64,000 nucleotides of DNA, taken from Antedon mediterranea. Lineage: Eukaryota > Animalia > Echinodermata. Below are positions 13,571 to 26,289 of the stretch, piece after piece. The DNA lies in the NCBI RefSeq assembly GCF_964355755.1, contig NC_092677.1, positions 13,290,101-13,354,100 on the forward strand, read 5' to 3'. The notes under the pieces were generated by a model. It made no database searches. It was not told the DNA's origin and was given only the letters and a program-made list of their open reading frames with translations. The stretch's first letter is position 1, and each line of letters opens with the position of its first letter. A program made the translations under genes and the position numbers.

Positions 13571-14840
13571 TAAGATAAGAAGTGTTTTCTTCTAAAATGA
13601 GTCTTTTTAAAATAGTATTGTTACAACCATGTCAGATTATATTTAAATATCCTTCATTATTTGGATAATTTTTTATCACAATTTTCAGTAAGATTCTAGT
13701 CTTTATAACTTTCTAATTTTTTGGCTTTTGCCTTTTCAATAGTTCTTGTTAATATTTTATACTCATTTATTGTTAACTTTAGAATTGAAGAAATATAAGT
13801 TCATTTGACCAATCAATCTTATTTTGAAACATTAATCTAAATGACAGAAATAAATGACTTTTCCCCCTCCTCCTCCAACCCAACAAAAGATTTGAGATTT
13901 TAGTTAGTGTATATACCTTCTATATTGCATTTGTTTATATTATTGATATTATATATTGTATACCATGTTGTTTAAATTATTGTTGTGGAAATAAATAGTA
14001 ATTAAGAATATTCGTATTCATATTTTTTTGAAGTTATCCAATACTTTGCACTTTGCCAAATCTTTGAAAGTTATTGCATCACCAATTTCAAGAGACATTC
14101 CATGTTAAACACCTGTTAATGGGGTCTTTCTCAAGACATGAGAACAAATACAATTAGATTAACTTGAAAATATGTTTAGAATAACCTTAAGTCTTTTCCT
14201 CTGGTGAGGTACCTCTGTCTTGACCCCTGCCAGATTCAATTTCCCCCGCACCTACTTTCATCACTTCCATGTAAGTATGAGCTGACATTTTGTCAGGTCT
14301 ACGGAAACAGAATTAAAGCATGTAGATTTCTTGAAATATGACACGATGTTTCGTGTAATTAATTGACCAAATATTTCGCCTTTGTTATAATTGATAAACA
14401 AAGAAACGTGCTGTTGTATTTAGATAAGAAGAATGTAAATGTTGTTAAATTATTATAATAATTAAAAACATAAGAATCCATTCTTTTTATTATTATATCG
14501 TTAAATTCAGTGATTATTCTTAAAACATGATTCAATGTATTTAAATTTGTTCAGACAATAACAAAATTGTTTCACCATTTTTTTAAAAATACAAAATATT
14601 ACATAAATGTTTGTGTAGTGTTTTATGGTACGAAGTTAACATAAATTACTATTAGAATTAACTCTTCCAATACCGAACACTTCAGGCCTAAAATATGTCT
14701 GGTGTTTCCAGAAAGTCTGGCATTCAGAGTTCATTTATATCTGTATTTTCTACAAATATTGAGTCCAATCATAGAATTAAATTTAAATACAGTTTGTTCA
14801 AATAAAACTTTCTTAACCATAACTGTTTCTAATACAAGAT

Positions 14841-14871
14841 AGACAAGACAAGACAAGACAAGACAAGACAA
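14841..14871. repeat. (GACAA)6 microsatellite, possibly a retroposon tail
   Basis: AGACAAGACAAGACAAGACAAGACAAGACAA. Confidence 0.85.
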
Positions 14872-15036
14872 TATTTCCCAAAGTAAATAATGTAAAAAAG
14901 TAAGCAAAGCATAAACTTACTTATCTTAAAACAACATAAAAGTTTTGAGAACAAATGTTGACTATAGAGGGGGCTATTTTAAATAATGTATTAAATATAA
15001 AAGGTTACATTAAGTTAGATTTAATAAAAGGCCTAA

Positions 15037-15369
15037 AGATGTATTGTCCCTCAAAAACATGAAGAATAAAGATTGGTTAAATCAGACTTTGAATATGTTA
15101 TTTTGTAGTTTTAATTAAGTTAATCACTCCAATAGAAAAAAATCATGTTTTCACTTATAATAATGATAAAAATTAAAATGGTAAAATTCAACCAAAAATC
15201 CATTGGCTGGCAGCCAATTTGACCATTTTTTTGCTTTAAATTACATTTTTTCTAGGTAAATACATTTCTTTTTCTATCCAATTTTTGGTCAAAGTGGATA
15301 ACTATTATGTTACATTTAAAATGGAATATTTTAAAAAAATATATTATTTTTAAGGGGGACAATACATCT
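15037..15369 (+). mobile_element. TTAA-flanked MITE family D (Kolobok-like), copy 1
   Basis: TIR AGATGTATTGTCCC / GGGACAATACATCT flanked by CTAA and TTAA; interior homologous to 22563-22892 and ~24452-24732. AG..CT termini with a TTAA target fit Kolobok better than piggyBac (inference). Confidence 0.8.
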
Positions 15370-16756
15370 TTAAAGTGTTTGCTCATTGTTTTATTATTTT
15401 ATTTATTATTAAATAATAAATATTTAATTAAATAAAAAAGGTTTGTTTTATTAACATTATTAAATGAGTTTAATAGCAACAATTTCAAAGAGTAGACCTA
15501 TAGTAGATTAATTTTGGATAAATCTGAAGCCATTGTAGAAACTACACTATTAATATAGCCCTTCCTTAACCCTATTCAGCATTCCCCAAGGTTATATAGT
15601 TACCCAGACCTTCACAACAAACTTGAATTGTAAATCTTGAGAAAATGTGTGACCATGGCTTATCTTGAACTTTTACTAGGATTGGGAGGTTTTGGTCAAT
15701 TATAAATACTATATTGGTAATAGTAGGCCTAATTCTGCCCAGTCAACCAACCTACAGTTATAATATTATGTTCTGTGAGTCAGCCCATGTCAAGCAGATG
15801 CCTTAATTGATGCCTCACAGCTGAGCCCAGTGTTGGAAGAAAAAAAACGCTTAAAGTTATGTAGGTCACTTAAAAAGAAAGTGCCCCGAACAGGGGGGAG
15901 GAAAAACAATCATTGCTGTTAACATGAGGTAACACTGTCTAAATCTTTATTGACAATGTTATACTGGTGATTGACAGATTACAATGCCCCTAACACTACA
16001 CTGACTGAAGACAATCATTATTAGAAAAACTCAAAGTTGAAATATAGAAATTGAAGGTTAAATAAATATATACGATTATCAAACTGTGAAAATCAGTTTT
16101 AGATCATGTTTATGACAGCTTTCCTAAGGATAGTTCAGTATTAGAATATGAAAGTTTATGAATGTGTCAAATCCCAATTTTAAGCAAATAAATAAATTAT
16201 ATAGACTAAAAACACCATTTTTTAACATGGTCTTTTGAATCACATACTCAAAAGAGATAATCATCATTGTAACCACATCAGCAGAAAATCTCAGCAAATC
16301 AATTTACAGAGCATGAGTAGAGTAAGTATAGTACGTACTGTATATGGGGAAAAAATCAATGCAACTTGTACAAAAATAAAAAATTTGATCACTGGTTCAA
16401 TAAAATATCGTTTTCTCGTCTCCTCCATCTTTTCACCAGTTTGCTAGCAGCTACAATACGTCGCATCAGATTAATCTGCTCATCAATCTGTATATCCATC
16501 TACCTGGGCATCCATCCATCTATATATATCGATTGATCATCTGTCCATACATCAAAATCTAAACTAATATATATATGTACCTTGTATCCCTTTTACCGAT
16601 CAATTCAATGATATACCTCAACCCAACGATCATCTGTTACATCAAACCTAGCGATTAAACTCAAAGTATTTTTTTTTTCTCATTTATTCTTTCAGCTTAT
16701 CTATGCCATCTATGTCAAATATATTCTACACAGGGTTTATAATTTTCTCAATACTA

Positions 16757-17533
16757 CAGTAGAATTCCTTTCACATTCAGGACCTAACAAGTGTCCCTTT
16801 AATAGGTGTGTCCCCTAATTAGGGTTGCTATTATAGTGTTAAAACATGTATTTCCTCCTGTTAGTTTCACAGGAAATTGTCCCCTTAATAAAGGCCTTAA
16901 TAGATTGTCCCCTTAATAAAGGCCTTAATAGATTGTCCCCTTAATAAAGGCCTTAATAGATTGTCCCCTTAATAAAGGCCTTAATAGATTGTCCCCTTAA
17001 TAAAGGCCTTAATAGATTGTCCCCTTAATAAAGGCCTTAATAGATTGTCCCCTTAATAAAGGCCTTAATAGATTGTCCCCTTAATAAAGGCCTTAATAGA
17101 TTGTCCCCTTAATAAAGGCCTTAATAGATTGTCCCCTTAATAAAGGCCTTAATAGATTGTCCCCTTAATAAAGGCCTTAATAGATTGTCCCCTTAATAAA
17201 GGCCTTAATAGATTGTCCCCTTAATAAAGGCCTTAATAGATTGTCCCCTTAATAAAGGCCTTAATAGATTGTCCCCTTAATAAAGGCCTTAATAGATTGT
17301 CCCCTTAATAAAGGCCTTAATAGATTGTCCCCTTAATAAAGGCCTTAATAGATTGTCCCCTTAATAAAGGCCTTAATAGATTGTCCCCTTAATAAAGGCC
17401 TTAAAAGATTGTCCCCTTAATAAAGGCCTTAATAGATTGTCCCCTTAATAAAGGCCTTAATAGATTGTCCCCTTAATAAAGGCCTTAATAGATTGTCCCC
17501 TGAATAGAGGTGCACCAAAAAAGGGTTCTACTG
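16757..17533 (+). mobile_element. pogo/Tc1-like MITE family C, copy containing a 28-bp array
   Basis: TA-CAGTAGAA ... TTCTACTG termini and GTGTCCCCTNAATAG subterminal motifs. Confidence 0.7.
16876..17501. repeat. 28-bp minisatellite, 22 full units plus a partial unit
   Basis: Unit ATTGTCCCCTTAATAAAGGCCTTAATAG repeats from 16876 with period 28; one variant seen (AAAG for ATAG near 17405). Confidence 0.97.
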
Positions 17534-20500
17534 TCTTTACTACCTGAATAGCCTTAGGTAGACACGAGTAGAAATAAGGGTATGAAATTCTCCACATATG
17601 AACTAATTATTTAAACGTAGATGTATAGTCATATCGCAATATAATTATTTATTATTGTTATGATTATGAAATATAATTAAAATTAAATTATATTTCCTGT
17701 GAATGTTTTAATTAACAAAATGAAATGACCCTAACATGATTTCTTGACAGTCAAAATTCATTCCAGGTGCGTGTGATATATAGGCAGAGTAGTTGGCGGC
17801 AAAATATAACAAACAAATTGGCCAATAGAATCGCATTGAATATAAATGGTAATTGTATTCTCTATGGGCCTTCTCCGCCGATATGGAATTTAATTAATTT
17901 AAGATATGACTTGCCATGTACGGATTGCGAACAAAACGCAACATCGATTTAATGTAATGATACGATTAACGCGACGTAGTCCCGTTTTATTCATTAGAAT
18001 CAGATTTGCGAAAATTTGTAATTTAGTTTTTAAAATCACTTTAATTCATGTTACATTTAAAAAACAATTTACTATTAAAATTTAATTAGATAATTAAATC
18101 TAAACGGTTAGTCATCACTAGTTATTACTAAGAAAGCTAACAATATAATAAAGGCATACTTAACAACTTGGTTTTGTTTATAGGCCTGAAGAATTACACA
18201 AACATAAACATCCATGACGTACGCAGAAACAATCATGATAAATACACGTTGATTATAAAAAAAACACAAGAAAATCTAAATTATATCTTTAAATATACTT
18301 TTTTTTATATGTTGTCTTTAAAAGAGTCAAGAATGATTTGGGACTGGAATTACTAGACAGGCTGGCGACATTAATGTAACCGTGCGTTGATGTCTAACCG
18401 TATATCATTGGATCAAGGGGGCTTCGAACAGGTTGTGTTTACTGAATGTGAATAATAAAGTATCCTTGAGTGCGCAAGATTTTAGAGCTTGTCGAGAGTC
18501 TATTGTCGTTTTAATAAAATTATGATATTAGATTATCACATTTAAGGTTTTAGGCCAATATTTGACTTATTAACACATGGCAGCAGTTTTGTATCAAGGT
18601 GGAATGATTATGATAAAAAAATCATGTAATTTATGATTAATATTTTGTTTTCGATTAAAGGACGTATGTACGTACAGCATCACTAATATAGTAAGGTCAA
18701 TGATACCGACAGAAATTTCTTGCAATTTTTTTTAAATAATTGCAATATAATTATTCTATGATCAAAATTCTTATTATGCCATCTGGAAATGATTGTATTT
18801 TAGGGTTAAAGAAAGTATGAACGTAATTAACCGAATGGGAGTTTTTTTCGGTACAGTATTATTATTATCATAAAGCGTTCTATTAAACAGATTGTGATTT
18901 TAATTTTTAGATTTTTATTATAGAAATATTTTAATACATAACTTTAGTAAACTAGAAGGTGCAAAATCTGTTTTTGTTGCCATTAATGGATTCTTTTTCT
19001 GTTTTCTTCTAACATTCAGCAATGAAATACGCTTTAATTGGCGTCAAAGTGATTCATGTGTCCTCGACAGCCGCTTGGATGGAAAACAGGTTTTATGAGT
19101 TGACGTTTTGGTATGGTCAATAAATTTTAAAATGTTAGTCCAGGGGACCGAAAAGCCATTTGGTCATAAGGTGATTTAGTGCGCTAAACCTACATAAAAG
19201 GCATGATGGACGCGAGTTCGTTCTTGTCACAAATCTCCACCAAACGTATGTAGGACGCTTGCCAACTGAAGTCCTACATATTGGTCAGATATGTATGGTA
19301 AACGGCGAAAACTAATTTCCTATTAAAATGGAAAATTATGTTTTTGACAGCCGGTCTCAATATGGTTATACGTGTATGAGATAAGCGAATTACTCAGCCA
19401 AAACAACGAAGACAACTGCGTCCATCCATACAGGGCCAAAATTAACACTAAATTTGGTTGTTTAACTTTTTTTAACATGTGGTTAGTCACTCGTGGTTTT
19501 CTCATTGTATGTCATTTTAATGCGAGACAAACCACAGATTATATTTTAGTTACTGGATACTTTAGTTTTTGTACGCTTCAAACTTGCTAACTAGGCACGT
19601 AACATTTTCCGTTTCTTGATCACTTGTTTTTGACAAAAATCAGTTCCAACGCGCTAATCAATGTCTTGGAATTGTCACAACTGCGTGAATACATGAATCA
19701 AAAGCTTACGTCTACACAAGCTGACAACTACATACGGTACTTGCGCTTAAATTGTACAATGTAAGTAAACATCAACATTTTAGGTCTCGAAACGCATAAA
19801 AGCATTAAGCCACATTCAATTTCAACCACAAGGTTGATGCGTGGATGCTTATAAACTACGTTTACGCATTTTAAATTAAATTGGAAAACTAATCAAATTG
19901 TAAAACTTTAATTGAAATTTTTATTCTATATTACAGAATAATAAATTGTTAAATAATCAAAATGATTACTTTTGTACACCTATAAACTTTCCAAGGCAAC
20001 ATTTTCACCTTGAAGTAGAACCTTTTAGGGTTATATATCTAATTTAGGTCTATCAGGCTAGGTCAACCACCTATCTACCAAAACTACGTACTCATTATAA
20101 TAAATAGGTAAATTATATTAAATGTGCAGGTAAAGGTTATGTTAGGTTGATGTCAGTCATGTTGACGTGGTCCAGTTATCATTTTTGCATTGTTTTAAAG
20201 TCATGACCATGATTGATTGAATAATTAACAACACGCCTCGTCAAAATATATCTTATTTAAGGGTTGCTCCAAAGTAGTTGACCGGTCCTAAATTCCATTT
20301 CTAGACACACGATGCACTCATGAATCAAATGGCGCGTCGAAATGACTGACAAAAAGTGTTCTTTGTCTAAAATGATACGACTTGACAAGTGAGATATTAC
20401 CGGGGCGTTTCATGTCAACAACTTGACGGCGTGTAGCTTTCATGCGCCATTCTTAGCCTAAGAGCCCTTGAAGCTTTCGGAACCAATAACACATTCAAGG

Positions 20501-22562
20501 TTGAAAAAGGTCAGAATCATTGTACGACTGCCAGGTCGTGTTTACGTTGAGGAGATCGGCATAAAGCATAAATGGACATTATGTATTCATCCTTGATCTT
20601 ACGCCCGCATAAGTAACTAAATGCTTTTGTTTTTTAAAGACATTAACCCTGACAGTTTTATGCCCCGTTATTAACAAAGAAGATTAACTTTTAATGCATT
20701 TAATAATTATTACATTGGTATTTCTCTTTCTAACAGATTTCAAGGCTCAGCACCTCTATTCTTGGGTTCACTAGGGTTTTGAACCTCGTTCTAGTTTTGA
20801 CTTCTTCAAAACCATTTTTCCTGAATCTAATTATAATCTACGAAATGTACATCAACTTCAACTGATGTAAGACATAAATATACTGTAAAGCCATTGCATA
20901 ATTTATGATGTCGGCGTTGGACACAGCAAAGACATTGAAGGCCTTACAAAGCATTCGGTGGTTAGCTTTTAACTTAAAAATGCCAAGGCTGCCCTTCTTG
21001 CCCCCTAACATTTTTCAGAAATATAGTTTGGATTAAACTATGAATTGATCACGTTTATGAACAAGTCAATTGTCATTGGTAATCTGGGTTGACGTTAGCG
21101 CCTTTTTGACGAGGACGAGGTTTGAATCTCTCATGCATGTGACAGCCGGCGGATATGGATTGGCAAATGGACTATGTGACCTGCTCTATAGTCCAGGAGG
21201 AAAAGTTAAGTAAGTTCCCCATGACCAGAGTCCTAATGTTAAATAAGGATTATTATGTGCTCAGACATATTGAGTGATTACACATCTACTCATAGAAGGT
21301 TTACAGTACAGTAGGTCTATTTATAATATGCAAATTGAGTTTAACATCATTCACTTAAAACATGTTATACTCATTAAAGTTTATTTTCTTTGTATATTTT
21401 AAAAAGATTTATATAATTATGGTTTAAGTATGATATTTTGGAAAGACATTTAAGCATTTAAGAATTCTAAGGAGGGGCTTATTGGAACAGGACCCAAGTA
21501 TAGTGAACACAGGGTAAGAACCTATGATAATAAACTTTTTTTTTTTAAATAAGAAAGTTATAACTTTAAACTACTATGCTATTTTTATAACAAACATTAT
21601 CATAACATGCCTTTTGTTTATATTAATAAAATGTTTGACATGACATAATTTTTAAAAAAATCATAAGTATAGAAGATTTTAATTACTATTATATAAACTG
21701 TAAGATAATAACAATTGTATACTTTAAATTATTTTATTATTTATTCTTTTTAATTATTATATTTTATTTAATGAAGGGAAATGGATAAATTAATGTTATT
21801 ATCAGGCATAATATAAGTAAACAAAGGTTAAACTATGTTATACAAATGTTATACTAAAACAAACTAAGCTCATTATTCAAGTCATTATTTGATATGATAT
21901 TTTTTAAAAGCAATATTCCATTTAAACATAATATGCCAGCTCTAATTATAACTTCTGAAAATTTCACTTGACATATAATATCTTTTCAATTGTCACTTTA
22001 AAAGTCACACAATTCTATCCGTATATTATCAAATCAGAAATAATTTTAGAGGCGAATAAGTTTTTCTCCTCTGGCTGAATGTGTCAAGTGTCAACGAGTA
22101 CAGATTAATTGATAAAGATGCTGAATACGCTATTTTGACCGGGCAAATGTTGTCCATTCATTTTACACTGCTAACCATACATATTATACTGTATGTTTCA
22201 AACATATTGCTATAAAAAATTATTTATTTATTTTGTATTTTTGTTAAATAGGTCATTTTAAGTCTTTTAATAGTAATTCAATTTGTTTAACTGATGAAAA
22301 AAAACCTGATTAAACAGTAGTTAAAACTAGTTAAATTTAACTGCTTATTTTGGTTTTTTTAATAAGCAAAATCATAATTTTTGTTACTTTTATTTTATTT
22401 TTTTGCAGAGGTAAATAACTTAAATTAAAACTAAAATATGGAAGTTTGATTTTATTTTTCTTTATTTCAGGTTTAGGGAGACAGTATATTATCTTTGTAA
22501 AAGAAAAATATGCCAATCACAAAATCTTAGTACATAATTATAAAGAAAAAAACCCCCATTAA

Positions 22563-22892
22563 AGATGTACTGTCCCCCAAAATCATGAAAAATAAATATT
22601 TATAAAATTGAGACTTTGAATAGGCTATTTTTCTGTTTTGATGAAGTTATTCACTTACATAGGAAAAAATGAAAACAAATTATGATTTCACTTATAAAGA
22701 CAAAACAACAGTTAATTTCAACCAAAAACTCAGACAATTTTGACTATTTTGTTGCTTTAAATTACAGTTTCTCATGTAAATATTTTTTTATTCATTTTTT
22801 TGTAAAAGTGAATTTATATTATGTGACATTAAAATGGCATATTCATCAAAAAAATTAAAAAAAATGTTTTTTTTCAGGGGAACAATATATCT
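22563..22892 (+). mobile_element. MITE family D, copy 2
   Basis: TTAA-AGATGTACTGTCCCC ... GGGGAACAATATATCT-TTAA; interior matches 15037-15369. Confidence 0.8.
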
Positions 22893-24451
22893 TTAAATAT
22901 ACAAACATATTTGTTTTTAATGGAAAGGTTCACTGGAATTTTGTGCTAACCTTTTAAATTGGTCCCATTTTGGATTTAAGGGGACCTGACATAATGAAGT
23001 ACTGTATGGTACTCGGGAACTACTACCACTAAGCATTCAATAAACTGGGGTTGGCTTCAATTCCAAGTCATAACACAAGGGAGCCTAGAGAATATAGAAA
23101 ATTAGGGTAAAAGTAACCGTATTGTCTTTTAAACAATACAAAATCTTTTACCAAATCGTTTTTCACTTTTTTCCACTTCCTTCAACATTAAGGTCATCAA
23201 ATGTGACCTTTCAGATTAATATTAGAAAAAAAGTGTATAACAAATAGTTATAAAAATGAACTGAACTAAAAAATGCACTATTAAAATTGTGATTAATTAG
23301 TGAAATAAGTAACTGTATCACAGCAATCAACTACTTGAGTAAAATTTACCAAAAAGTTGAAAAAGCAGATATTAAATTGGATAAAATGACAACCAATTTA
23401 ACTTTTTTTCTTTGTATAAATACACAAGATCTAAACTGAGTTCAAGGGGCAAAGAAAAAACTGATTTTCATTTATAAATGTTGAACATATATTTGAACCT
23501 GACTCTGATGCGATTTTACAACCTTGATAGATTGATTGAACAGTCCCTGGGGCGGTACGATTGCGGGCGGCTTTGAGCTCAAGAGCTGAATGCGCAATTG
23601 ACGGTCCAATTTGCAATGTTCTATCATTGTACAATACATTTTAAATGTAAAATCTATTTACAAAAGTGAGGCTATTTACAGATAGATATTGTAAGTTGAA
23701 AACTTAAGTGAATATGATATTGCTTGCTTTATCTGAATATATGCAAATTGATACAATGTTCTTCTTTATGATTGTATAAGTGCAAGTTCAATTAGAAGGA
23801 AAACATAATTTCATTTTCAATGTAAATAATCTAGGAGACTACTAATTAGTTGTTTCTTACATAATATAAATAGCTTGATTATGTATGTAATGAGTTTAAT
23901 ATCAATTGGATTAAAGTTAATATGACTATTAATAAACAAATAAATTAAGCATTTAGACATGGAGAAAAATGCATAGTGTAAAAACTATTTTCTATTTTTT
24001 TTTAATGTATAGATATTTATAAATAAAAAATTAAAATTTATATTTCCCTTATATTAGAGGTTATGGTAAAAAAAATGTAAAGATATTTTAAATATACTTT
24101 TTTTCCGTGTTATTACTGTTATTTAGGATTTATTTTCAAATCAATAAATTAACTGTTTATAAAAAAAAATGTTTTGCTACACCTTTTTTACATTTGAATA
24201 ACCGTGACACACACATACGCAAATCATGAGAATTCTCGGAAGAAAGCATATTGAATTACTATGATTGGTCACTTTTATACTGGGGCAATACATGCACGCG
24301 TAATGACAACTCAGGACATCTTGGAAAAAAAAACAGACCTCCACAAAATTGTCTTAACACTATGCAAACCTGGTTAAAAGTTGTTACTTTTTGCAAGTGT
24401 GAAAATGGTATTAGCTGGGTTCTAATATATACTACTATATTGCAATTGTTA

Positions 24452-24732
24452 ATATTATGCCCCTCAAGTATATACTAAAATCAAACTCCGAATAGGCCAT
24501 TTGGCTGTTTTAATAAACTTAAGGCCTAATAAAAAAAAATTTTCACTTATAAACGGTTAAATTCAACCAAAAAAACATTGGCTGGCATCCAATTTGACTT
24601 TGATAGGCCTAGTAGTTTTTTCTAGGTAAATTTTTTTTTTCGATCCAATCTTTGGTCAAAGGGAATAACTATTTAAAATGGAAATTCAACAATAACAATT
24701 TTGAGACTTATATAGTTCGAAACAATATATCT
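24452..24732 (+). mobile_element. MITE family D, copy 3 (degenerate)
   Basis: Shares TTCAACCAAAAA..CATTGGCTGGCA.CCAATTTGAC, TCTAGGTAAA and TTTGGTCAAAG with copy 1, and ends ACAATATATCT-TTAA. Confidence 0.7.
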
Positions 24733-25992
24733 TTAAACTTTATACAGAGAACACTTAATTGAGTAACAATAGAACTACTAAAAACAAAGTTACGGTACTT
24801 CAATCTAATCATTAACTTCTGTGTGATTTAAATTACCGTAAGTAACATTTAAAGTATTCCTAAAAATAGGACCTAAAGTTTGGTTGCCCCTTGGATGCAT
24901 TCAAATACATAAGCGTAATGGAATTTAATCCTTGTGATTGGTCAAATCTTGCATTACGCTTTATGTCTTTGCGATGCGTCCTTGAGGGAACCACGCTCAA
25001 CAAAGTAGTCACTGATTCATAGCACACGTTATGATATTTCTCGCGACGAACATGAAATATGTGCATCAGCAATATTATAATACAAAATTATTGACGAATG
25101 TCACATATTACAATCAAAATGACCTACAAACCGAACATCACAATATGTATGGCGATCCACGGGCGTAAAAATGATCGGGTTACACGTATTCTAATATGAT
25201 ATGAAATTAAATTGAGGAGGTAATTAATAGCGACCCTAGGTTTAATAACCTTGTCACAATATTTTAGTTTAAAAATGTAACTGATATGATACGTTATTAA
25301 AAAGTTCTTCACAACTTTCTATTATGTATGCTTTCTCTGAATCGTGACAAGGTACAACAAATCAAAGTCGCTATTCACCATAAAACTTAAACTCGCAGAT
25401 ACTTTTATTAATTCGAGGCTAACAATAGCTCGACTCAAATTAGGGTACCTACATTTTTATGGTCCAATATGTTTTTAATATTTGGTATAAAAAATTGTTA
25501 ATAAATTCAGAAATTTGCAATAAATTTTTTACTGCCGAAGGCCTTATGTAGAGATGACTACTGCGTGATATATTTGATCTACGGCCTTAGCATTAGTGTT
25601 AGAACGTTATGGACAAGGCTTACAGCTTAACATCCGAACTGTCGGAAACAACAATTCGTTAGGGAACTTAACAAACGACAAGGTATCACCAAAAGGGGTT
25701 TATTTGACAATCTCTGTAAAAGGGCTTTTTTAGATAGACAATGTTTGAATGATCTAAGGACAAGTGAAATGTATCTCTACAGGCAACACAAAATGAAAAT
25801 TGTCATAAATGCGATTACTATTAGTAATGATTTGACAGACAAAAGTATAAATGAAAGAAATTCTTAGGCCTGAGAGAGAAGAACAACAATTTCTGTATAT
25901 TAAATTGATAATGAACTTTATTCTATCTAATTTTACACTAATGTAACAAAAATTGAGATAAATGAAAAAAAAGATTATAAGAGTAGCCTAAA

Positions 25993-26289
25993 TCATTTCA
26001 TTTCATTATTTATTTGGTCTATTTGAGTATATACATAACAAACAAAAAATGAAATTGGGGAGATCATGGTCAACCTACGTGAACTTAATCACTGTAGCTG
26101 AGCCGGTTGACCCAACCCCAAAGTTAGTTTACACATAAAAGACATAAAGACAAAATACAGTTACAGCTAATTAAAATGAATATGAACTTTTCTAATGAAG
26201 GCTGATGGGCATTCTAGGACTGCAGCATCTATCAATGGTCTGGGAAGCTGGTCCCAGACACTGGGTAACTTGATTGCTATAGAATGGAT
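25993..26289 (-). mobile_element. 5'-truncated CR1/L2-group LINE 3' end, copy 1
   Basis: Minus strand encodes IAIKLPSVWDQLPRPLIDAAVLECPSAFIRKVHIHF (ORF2 C-terminal W-[ND]-x-LP motif), then a 3' UTR and a (TGAAA)n tail; approximate TSD GTAG(G)CCTAAA; closely similar to 57373-57672. Confidence 0.8.

Noticed and set aside
16876-17501. CRISPR-like array (28-bp repeats)
   Set aside because: Units are head-to-tail with no unique spacers, there are no cas genes, and the context is eukaryotic.
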